The position numbers were made by a program, and so were the translations under genes. The notes beneath the pieces were generated by a model. That model saw only the letters and a list, made by a program, of their open reading frames with translations. It made no database searches and was not told the origin of the DNA. Below are positions 56,721 to 64,000 of a DNA stretch of 64,000 nt, in pieces; the stretch's first letter is position 1; each line of letters opens with the position of its first letter. The DNA comes from an uncultured Methanosarcinaceae archaeon (GTDB lineage Archaea; Halobacteriota; Methanosarcinia; Methanosarcinales; Methanosarcinaceae): the NCBI GenBank assembly GCA_963733675.1, contig CAVTET010000006.1, forward strand, positions 32,001 through 96,000, read 5' to 3'.

Positions 56721-57776
56721 ATGCTTAAAGTTGCATTGATCACCGGAATTACAGGTCAGGATGGGGCCTACTTAGCTGAATTTCTTCTTAACAAGGGCTA
56801 TACTGTACATGGTATAAAGCGGAGATCTTCTTCATTTAATACTGCAAGGATCGATCATTTTTATAAAGACCCTCATGAAAGAAACGTAAATTTTTTCATG
56901 CATTATGGCGATCTTACAGATTCTACTAATCTTATCCGCATAATACAGGAAACCCAGCCAGATGAAATTTACAATCTGGCAGCTCAGAGTCATGTCCAAG
57001 TATCTTTCGAAACCCCGGAATATACGGCAAATTCCGATGGGCTGGGAACACTGCGTCTTCTAGAAGCTATTCGAATTCTGGGCCTTGAGAAAAAAACAAA
57101 ATTCTACCAGGCTTCAACCAGTGAACTTTATGGGCAGGTTCAGGAAATTCCCCAGACAGAAACAACTCCTTTTTATCCTAGAAGCCCTTACGCAGTAGCT
57201 AAATTGTACGCATACTGGATTACAGTCAACTACCGGGAAGCTTATGATATTTTTGCATGTAATGGTATTTTATTCAACCACGAATCTCCTATTCGGGGGG
57301 AAACGTTCGTTACCAGAAAAATTACAATGGCAGCCACAAAAATAGAGCATGGACTGCAGGAGAAACTTTATCTTGGAAATCTTGATGCAAAAAGAGATTG
57401 GGGATATGCAAAAGACTATGTGGAAGCAATCTGGTCGATTCTCCAGCAGGAATATCCCGAAGACTACATAATTGCGACAGGAGAAACTCACTCGGTAAGG
57501 GAGTTTACTGAATTAGCATTTAAGGAAGTAGGGATCAAAATTTTGTGGAAAGGCAAAGATAGCGAAGAAGTCGGAATCGATTCCAGTACAGGCAAAACCC
57601 TGGTAGAAATCGATCCCAGATACTACCGGCCTACAGAAGTAGATTTACTGATGGGAGATCCCTCAAAAGCAAAGGAAAAACTTGGATGGAAGCCTAAAGT
57701 AAAATTTGAAGAGCTGGTGAAAATTATGATAAAAGCCGATGAAAAAACTGTAAAGCAAAATCACTCTTTTGAATAA
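56721..57776 (+). CDS. gmd: GDP-mannose 4,6-dehydratase
   Basis: [34 protein letters not shown] and FNHESP motifs. Confidence 0.98.
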   Translation: MLKVALITGITGQDGAYLAEFLLNKGYTVHGIKRRSSSFNTARIDHFYKDPHERNVNFFMHYGDLTDSTNLIRIIQETQPDEIYNLAAQSHVQVSFETPEYTANSDGLGTLRLLEAIRILGLEKKTKFYQASTSELYGQVQEIPQTETTPFYPRSPYAVAKLYAYWITVNYREAYDIFACNGILFNHESPIRGETFVTRKITMAATKIEHGLQEKLYLGNLDAKRDWGYAKDYVEAIWSILQQEYPEDYIIATGETHSVREFTELAFKEVGIKILWKGKDSEEVGIDSSTGKTLVEIDPRYYRPTEVDLLMGDPSKAKEKLGWKPKVKFEELVKIMIKADEKTVKQNHSFE

Positions 57777-57791
57777 GGAGAGGTGAAGATT

Positions 57792-58757
57792 ATGGGTAAA
57801 AAGTCAAAGATTTACTTAGCTGGCCACAAAGGCCTTGTAGGTTCAGCCCTTAAAAGAAAACTTGAGTCAAAAGGCTACTCTAATCTTATCTTCCGTACCC
57901 ATAGAGAGCTTGACCTGACAAATCAACAGGCAGTCAATGAATTTTTCGGACTGGAAAAGCCGGAGTATGTTTTATTAGCCGCCGCAAAAGTCGGTGGAAT
58001 TCTTGCCAATAATACCTACCCTGCCGAATTCATCTATGAAAATATTATGATCGAAGCAAACATCATCCATGCTTCGTATATATACGGTGTAAAAAAATTA
58101 CTTTTTCTGGGTTCTTCCTGCATTTACCCTAAACTTGCTTCCCAGCCCTTAAGAGAAGAATACCTATTAAGCGGTCCCCTCGAAGAAACAAATGAAGCCT
58201 ATGCAGTAGCAAAAATCGCAGGGATCAGGCTCTGCAAACATTACAACCAGCAATATGGGACTAACTTCATCTCGGTAATGCCGACCAATCTTTATGGGCC
58301 GAATGATAATTTTGACCTTGAGACTTCGCATGTAATGCCTGCACTGATCAGGAAGTTTCATGAAGCGAAGGTGAAGAATGAGCCTGAAGTTGTAATATGG
58401 GGTACCGGAAAACCATTTCGGGAGTTTCTTCATGTCGATGATATGGCTGAAGCATGTGTTTATTTGATGAAAAACTTTAATGCGGACGATATCGGAGAAT
58501 TTGTTAATATCGGGGTAGGTGAAGATATTACGATAGGTGAATTAGCTGAATTAATCAAAGAGATTGTCGGGTTTGAAGGTGAAATTAGAAAAGATCTTTC
58601 AAAACCTGATGGTACCCCACAGAAACTGCTTGATATTACAAAATTGAGTTCACTTGGATGGAAAGCTAAAACCTCATTGAAAGATGGAATTGAGCAAACT
58701 TATGAGTGGTACCAGAGTAAATCAAATAAAAACTTGAGAAAAATAAGTGACTTATGA
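57792..58757 (+). CDS. fcl: GDP-L-fucose synthase
   Basis: [46 protein letters not shown] and KPDGTP motifs. Confidence 0.97.
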   Translation: MGKKSKIYLAGHKGLVGSALKRKLESKGYSNLIFRTHRELDLTNQQAVNEFFGLEKPEYVLLAAAKVGGILANNTYPAEFIYENIMIEANIIHASYIYGVKKLLFLGSSCIYPKLASQPLREEYLLSGPLEETNEAYAVAKIAGIRLCKHYNQQYGTNFISVMPTNLYGPNDNFDLETSHVMPALIRKFHEAKVKNEPEVVIWGTGKPFREFLHVDDMAEACVYLMKNFNADDIGEFVNIGVGEDITIGELAELIKEIVGFEGEIRKDLSKPDGTPQKLLDITKLSSLGWKAKTSLKDGIEQTYEWYQSKSNKNLRKISDL

Positions 58758-58824
58758 GAAAAGTACTCTCTGGCTAATGGAACAGAATGAACCAACAACT
58801 CAAAATAGGTAAATGTGTTCTCTT

Positions 58825-59661
58825 ATGACTGAGCATGCAACTGATTACAAATTGATCATCCGGCCTAAATATGGACCTCTGGATCTTAACTGGCAGGAAC
58901 TCAAGGAGTATAGAGAGCTTCTTTTCTTCCTTGCCCTGAGAGAAATCAAGATCAGGTATAAGCAGACTATTATGGGTGCATCCTGGGCGTTGTTGCAGCC
59001 TTCTTTTACGATGATAATCTTCACGCTCATCTTTAGCCGGCTTGCGCTGATGCCCTCAGATGGAATACCCTATCCAATTTTTTCTTACTCAGGACTTCTG
59101 CTCTGGACATATTTTTCAAATGCACTTTCTCAGTCAAGCAACAGCCTTGTTGACAATGCGTCCCTTCTTTCAAAGGTCTATATGCCAAGAATATTTCTCC
59201 CGACTGCACCATGTCTCTCAGGTCTCCTTGATTATGGAATTGCCATGAGCATTCTTGTAATAATGATGGCTTATTACCGATTTGTGCCTGGAATTTCAAT
59301 ACTCCTGTTGCCGTTCATCATACTCTTGACATTCATGCTTGCAGCAGGAGTTGGTTACTGGCTCTCATCCATCTGTGTGAAATACAGGGATGTGAAATTT
59401 ATTCTGCCGTTTTTTATTCAATTGCTGCTGTTTGTGTCACCGGTAATCTACCCTGTAACTATTGTGGGTGAGAACCTGAAGTGGTTACTCTACCTGAACC
59501 CTATGACAGGTTTGATAGGCGCTCATCGTGCATGTCTGCTCGGACATATTCCAGTGGATTTTGTCGGCTTTGGAATTTCTGCAGTGCTGACGATATTAAT
59601 CTTTTTGAGTGGCATACTCTACCTCAAACATACAGAGAAGTACTTTGCGGATTTGATTTAA
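58825..59661 (+). CDS. wzm: ABC-2 polysaccharide export permease
   Basis: REIKIRYKQTIMGASWALLQP, KYRDV, SPVIYP and LNPMTGLI motifs; six TM segments. Confidence 0.93.
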   Translation: MTEHATDYKLIIRPKYGPLDLNWQELKEYRELLFFLALREIKIRYKQTIMGASWALLQPSFTMIIFTLIFSRLALMPSDGIPYPIFSYSGLLLWTYFSNALSQSSNSLVDNASLLSKVYMPRIFLPTAPCLSGLLDYGIAMSILVIMMAYYRFVPGISILLLPFIILLTFMLAAGVGYWLSSICVKYRDVKFILPFFIQLLLFVSPVIYPVTIVGENLKWLLYLNPMTGLIGAHRACLLGHIPVDFVGFGISAVLTILIFLSGILYLKHTEKYFADLI

Positions 59662-60896
59662 TGACGGCGTCAAAAAAAAGAGAACCGATAATCGAAGTAA
59701 AACACCTCTCCAAAAAATACGATATCGGGGTGGACACGGCGTACAGGACTCTCTCAGAAAGCGTTACTTCTGCTGTGAGGCACCCAATAAAGACGTTGAA
59801 AGACTTTCACAAGAAAAATGAGACTTTTTGGGCTCTCAAGGACGTAAATTTCGAGGTCAAGCAAGGAGAGGCTCTTGGTATTATCGGCAAAAATGGCGCA
59901 GGGAAGAGTACACTTCTTAAAGTACTCTCACGGATCACCCACCCTACGGAGGGGGAGGTCATAATGCGCGGCAGGGTGGGAAGCCTTCTTGAAGTAGGAA
60001 CTGGTTTCCACCCTGAGCTTTCTGGCAGAGAGAATATCTATTTCAATGGTGCCATTCTTGGGATGAAGAAGAAGGAAATCGACGAAAAGTTTGATGAGAT
60101 CGTGAAGTTCTCAGGCGTCGAAAAATTCCTGGACACACCAGTTAAACGGTATTCGAGTGGGATGCAGGTTCGGCTTGCATTCTCCGTGGCTGCCCATTTG
60201 GACCCTGAGATTCTTGTAGTGGATGAGGTACTTGCTGTGGGTGACGCGGTATTTCAGAAGAAGTGTCTAGGGAAGATGAATGAGGTGGCTGAAAGAGGGC
60301 GGACAGTGTTGTTTGTAAGTCATAATATGGGAGCCATAAGCGAACTATGTGATACAGGGATATTGTTAGAAGAAGGGAAAGTCATTGTAAATGATTCGAT
60401 AGAAAAGACATTGAGCTACTATAGTGGTTTCAATAAATTAACTTCGCTTCATTATGCTTCTTCAGAAAAATCAAATAAACCATATTTCAAAGAAATTACA
60501 ATTATACAAGCTGATAATACTAGTACTAATGTATTAGATATTGATAAAGCAATATCTATAAAGTTTGATATAGAAACGTATGGAAAAAAAGAGTTAGTAG
60601 TTAGTATTGTTATACGCAATAAATTAGATATTTGTGTTCATCATTCAAGTGATGAGTTTAATAATCTAAAATCGGATCTCAATTCATCACTGCGTATTTG
60701 TGAAATACCCTCCTATGCTTTATCAGATGGAATATATTATTTAGATGTTTACATTGCTCAACGTAATTATGAATTATTCCAAGAAATATCAAATGTATTA
60801 GCTTTTGAAGTCCAATTTTGTGGTATTGTATCAGATCGTACAACTTCAGAACAATGGAAAGGAATATGTGGGCCAGGATTGCTAAAATGGGTTTAA
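59661..60896 (+). CDS. wzt: ABC polysaccharide export ATPase with a C-terminal Wzt-C domain
   Basis: GKNGAGKST, GTGFHPELSGRENI, YSSGMQVRLAF and VVDEVLAVGD motifs; TAATG coupling to wzm; about 150-aa C-terminal extension. Confidence 0.95.
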   Translation: MTASKKREPIIEVKHLSKKYDIGVDTAYRTLSESVTSAVRHPIKTLKDFHKKNETFWALKDVNFEVKQGEALGIIGKNGAGKSTLLKVLSRITHPTEGEVIMRGRVGSLLEVGTGFHPELSGRENIYFNGAILGMKKKEIDEKFDEIVKFSGVEKFLDTPVKRYSSGMQVRLAFSVAAHLDPEILVVDEVLAVGDAVFQKKCLGKMNEVAERGRTVLFVSHNMGAISELCDTGILLEEGKVIVNDSIEKTLSYYSGFNKLTSLHYASSEKSNKPYFKEITIIQADNTSTNVLDIDKAISIKFDIETYGKKELVVSIVIRNKLDICVHHSSDEFNNLKSDLNSSLRICEIPSYALSDGIYYLDVYIAQRNYELFQEISNVLAFEVQFCGIVSDRTTSEQWKGICGPGLLKWV

Positions 60897-61438
60897 AAAT
60901 TATATTTATTCAAATTATCTGGATTCTTTCTGAAATCGAGTCTTTATTTTCGATACCGAATGATTTTTTATTTTTTAGAAAAATATACCTCCGATTGATG
61001 AAAGTAAAATTTGGAAAAGAAATATGGGTAGGAAAAGGTCTAAGTCTATTATATCCAGGTAATTTGAGATTAGGTGAAAGATGTGCTTTGGGAGAATTTG
61101 TACGAATAGAAAATCATTCATTAATTCAAATCGGCAATGATTTTATAGCGGCTCCAGGTTTACATCTAAATTCTGGAAGTCATGATCCTACAACAATGGA
61201 ACCAAAATGTTTACCAATAAAAATAGGTAATAGAGTATGGTGCGGTGTAGAGGTTACAATTTTGGCTGGTATAACAATAGGAGATGATGTGGCAATTGCC
61301 GCAGGAAGTGTTGTTGTTAATGATATTCCTTCTAATTCCATTGCTGCAGGGGTGCCAGCAAGGGTAATTAATACATTAAAACGAGAAGAAAAATTATGGA
61401 CGTGGGTTAAATCGATTAAGAGAAGTTGTGATTATTAG
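60887..61438 (+). CDS. Hexapeptide-repeat (LbH) O-acetyltransferase
   Basis: PIKIGNRVWCG..TILAGITIGDDVAIAAGSVV..AGVPARVI. Confidence 0.9.
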   Translation: MGLKIIFIQIIWILSEIESLFSIPNDFLFFRKIYLRLMKVKFGKEIWVGKGLSLLYPGNLRLGERCALGEFVRIENHSLIQIGNDFIAAPGLHLNSGSHDPTTMEPKCLPIKIGNRVWCGVEVTILAGITIGDDVAIAAGSVVVNDIPSNSIAAGVPARVINTLKREEKLWTWVKSIKRSCDY

Positions 61439-61628
61439 CTCTCTAGTAGGGAATACTGGCACAGCTTTATAAAAAATATGGAGTTTGGCAACTATCAATT
61501 ATTGTGAAAAAAACGTTAAAACGGATACACATAATAAATTGTATGCAATAACATGTGCTTCCTTATAAATATTTGAATCAAAGTTTAAATTTATCATTTC
61601 TTTGGAAATTGCGGGAATTTTAGAAATT

Positions 61629-62480
61629 ATGACACAATATCTTAATCTAGGGTGTGGAACTCGCTCCCATCCGTCATGGACAAATATTGATTTCGGATCA
61701 ACAGGTACAGATGTTATTGCTCATGATCTTAAACAAGGAATTCCATTCCAAAATTCTTCATTTGAAGTTGTTTATCACTCTCATCTTCTGGAGCATTTCC
61801 CAAAAACCGCAGCACTTCCATTTTTGTTCGAATGCTATCGTGTTCTAAAATTCGGCGGCATAATAAGGGTAGCTGTACCTGACCTTGAGCGCATTGCAAG
61901 AATATACTTACAAGCAGTGGAAGAGGCTTCAAACGGTGATATTATGTGGAGGCATCATTATGAATGGGTGAAACTTGAAATGTATGACCAAACGGTTCGT
62001 GAGCGATCTGGTGGAGAAATGGTCACATACTTAAATCAGGAAACAATACCAAACAAAGAATTTGTACTGAATCGGATTGGAATTGAAGGAAAGAAAATTC
62101 TCGAAAATGCTGAAAGAATACGGAATAGAGGGCTTCAATTTAAAGAAACTGAAAACAAACTAGTTCCTATTTTGTATACTTTCCTTCAAACTCTGCGAAT
62201 ACATTCAACCCTAAAAGAATTACTTATACGGCTTATACTGGGGAAAGAATACGAAATGTTACAGTTGGGGCGATTTCGTAGTAGTGGAGAAATTCATCTC
62301 TGGATGTATGATCGATATTCACTATCGAAGCTTCTTACAGACGCAGGATTCAAGAATCTACAATTTTTCGGTCCAGCTGAAAGTCATATTGTAGGATGGG
62401 ACAAGTTTAATCTCGACACTGAACTGGATGGGACCATATACAAGCCTGATTCAATATATATGGAAGGAGTTAAGACGTGA
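61629..62480 (+). CDS. SAM-dependent methyltransferase (type 11-like), glycan-cluster associated
   Basis: LNLGCG, YHSHLLEH and ECYRVLKFGGIIRVAVPD motifs. Confidence 0.9.
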   Translation: MTQYLNLGCGTRSHPSWTNIDFGSTGTDVIAHDLKQGIPFQNSSFEVVYHSHLLEHFPKTAALPFLFECYRVLKFGGIIRVAVPDLERIARIYLQAVEEASNGDIMWRHHYEWVKLEMYDQTVRERSGGEMVTYLNQETIPNKEFVLNRIGIEGKKILENAERIRNRGLQFKETENKLVPILYTFLQTLRIHSTLKELLIRLILGKEYEMLQLGRFRSSGEIHLWMYDRYSLSKLLTDAGFKNLQFFGPAESHIVGWDKFNLDTELDGTIYKPDSIYMEGVKT

Positions 62481-62517
62481 GTTTTTAATTCTATTTTACA
62501 ACTCGCAGGGGAACACT

Positions 62518-63726
62518 ATGAATATACTTCATATAAGTACTACAGATAATCAAGGTGGAGCAGCCAGAGTGGCATACTCCTTAAAAGACACATATACTGA
62601 ATTAGGTCACAATTCACAAATTTTAGTTGGATACAAAACTGGAAACTTTGATGATATTCTGCAAATCCCAAGTACAAAAATAGATAATATGGCTTCTCTC
62701 CTCGCTAATAAATTATCTTTGCAATATATGGGCTATCTTAATACATTTAATATCAAAAAAAGTCGGGTATTTTTAGATTCTGACATAGTCCATTTTCACA
62801 ATATACATGGGAATTATTTTAATTTTCTTGCACTTCCTGGACTAACAAAATCTAAACCATCTGTATGGACACTTCATGACATTTGGGCCATAACAGGGCA
62901 CTGCGCGTTTTCATATGGTTGTGATAGATGGCAGTTAGGTTGTGGGAAGTGCCCGAATACATCATGTTATCCAGTTATAAATAGAGACACATCAAAATTA
63001 TTGTGGTTAATTAAAAAATGGGTTTATAATAGGTCAAATCTTGTGATTGTGACGCCATCAAAATGGCTCAAAAATTTGGTCGAGAATAGTATTTTAGCCA
63101 ATAAGAAAGTCCACCTGGTTTATAATGGAATTGATCATCGTAAATTTCATCCGGCAAATAAATCAATTCTCCGAAAGAAATTCGGTCTACCTGAAGAAAA
63201 ATTAATTTTGATGTTTATCGCTAATGGAGGAATCAATAATCCTCAAAAAGGTGGGAAATATCTTATTGAGTCATTAAAAAACGTTAATTCCAAAGATGTA
63301 TTTTTCTTGAATATTGGTTCATCAGATGAACTTGATAAGATAATACATAAAAAAATTGATTATTTGTCGATTCCATATATTCATGATGAAAATCTATTAC
63401 CTGAATACTATGCAGCTTCAGACTTATTGTTATTTCCTTCAACTCAAGAAAATTGTCCTTTAACTATACTTGAATCAATGGCATGTGGAACTCCTGTTAT
63501 CTCCTACAACACTGGCGGGATTCCCGAATTAGTCGAACATTTAAAGACTGGCTATGTTGCTAAATATATAGACGTTAATGATTTTTCAAAAGGAATAAAT
63601 ACTTTTATAGAAAATAAGTCTCTGAGAGACAAAGCTGGCCAAAGAGCCAGAACGACTGTCGAAAAACATTTTACCAAAGATAAAATGGTGGAATTATACT
63701 TTAATATATATAATGAACTTCTTTAA
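62518..63726 (+). CDS. GT4-family glycosyltransferase (WcaC-like, with a Cys-rich insert)
   Basis: GGAARVA, VWTLHDIWAITGHC..GC..W..GCGKCP and ENCPLTILESMACGTPV..GGIPE motifs. Confidence 0.93.
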   Translation: MNILHISTTDNQGGAARVAYSLKDTYTELGHNSQILVGYKTGNFDDILQIPSTKIDNMASLLANKLSLQYMGYLNTFNIKKSRVFLDSDIVHFHNIHGNYFNFLALPGLTKSKPSVWTLHDIWAITGHCAFSYGCDRWQLGCGKCPNTSCYPVINRDTSKLLWLIKKWVYNRSNLVIVTPSKWLKNLVENSILANKKVHLVYNGIDHRKFHPANKSILRKKFGLPEEKLILMFIANGGINNPQKGGKYLIESLKNVNSKDVFFLNIGSSDELDKIIHKKIDYLSIPYIHDENLLPEYYAASDLLLFPSTQENCPLTILESMACGTPVISYNTGGIPELVEHLKTGYVAKYIDVNDFSKGINTFIENKSLRDKAGQRARTTVEKHFTKDKMVELYFNIYNELL

Positions 63727-64000
63727 AAATCCTTAATACTAATTTCATAACATTTCTCCAGCCTTAAACCTTTCGACCAACATTAAGGAAATTTCCACTT
63801 TGCTATCTAATACTAGTGTCGCATCAACCAAGACATGGCGTATGAAATAGATTAGAATCACTCAAAAGTTTTATCGATGGGATAAAGAAGTTCTAGCTTA
63901 TTTTAATGGGTTTGGTACTACGAAATTTAGATGAAAGGCAATTTGGGATGTTAATTGGCTTGAAATTGCTAGAAAAGTAGACGCTAAATCTTCAGGAATC

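Overview
AT-rich chromosomal window from a methanogenic archaeon, very likely a Methanosarcina. The basis is the HdrA-MvhD fusion plus polyferredoxin, thermosome, NAC, NOB1, an intron-containing tRNA-Met and DUF2551/DUF166/DUF1638 proteins. Intact genes include ilvC (3' part), proA-proB-proC, aspS, rpiA, a thermosome subunit, a glycogen debranching enzyme, a radical SAM protein, a C1A protease and the start of a gmd-fcl-wzm-wzt glycan cluster. They are interspersed with broken genes (hdrA2, manC, an aldehyde dehydrogenase, CGGC, DUF302, hsdR, a histidine kinase, a pentapeptide-repeat gene) and IS debris (IS256, IS200/IS605). The most striking structure that no ORF track explains is a set of seven elements sharing the terminal inverted repeat (TIR) GGT(TC/AC)(C/T)GTTG(C/T)(A/G)AAAA. 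These are one dead 856-bp IS6, three 150-bp MITEs, two related 149-bp MITEs, and a 127-bp fold-back element made of two head-to-head copies of the IS6 5' end. None has a target-site duplication (TSD), and two cut genes. All calls come from reading the sequence and recalling family motifs; no database search was run.
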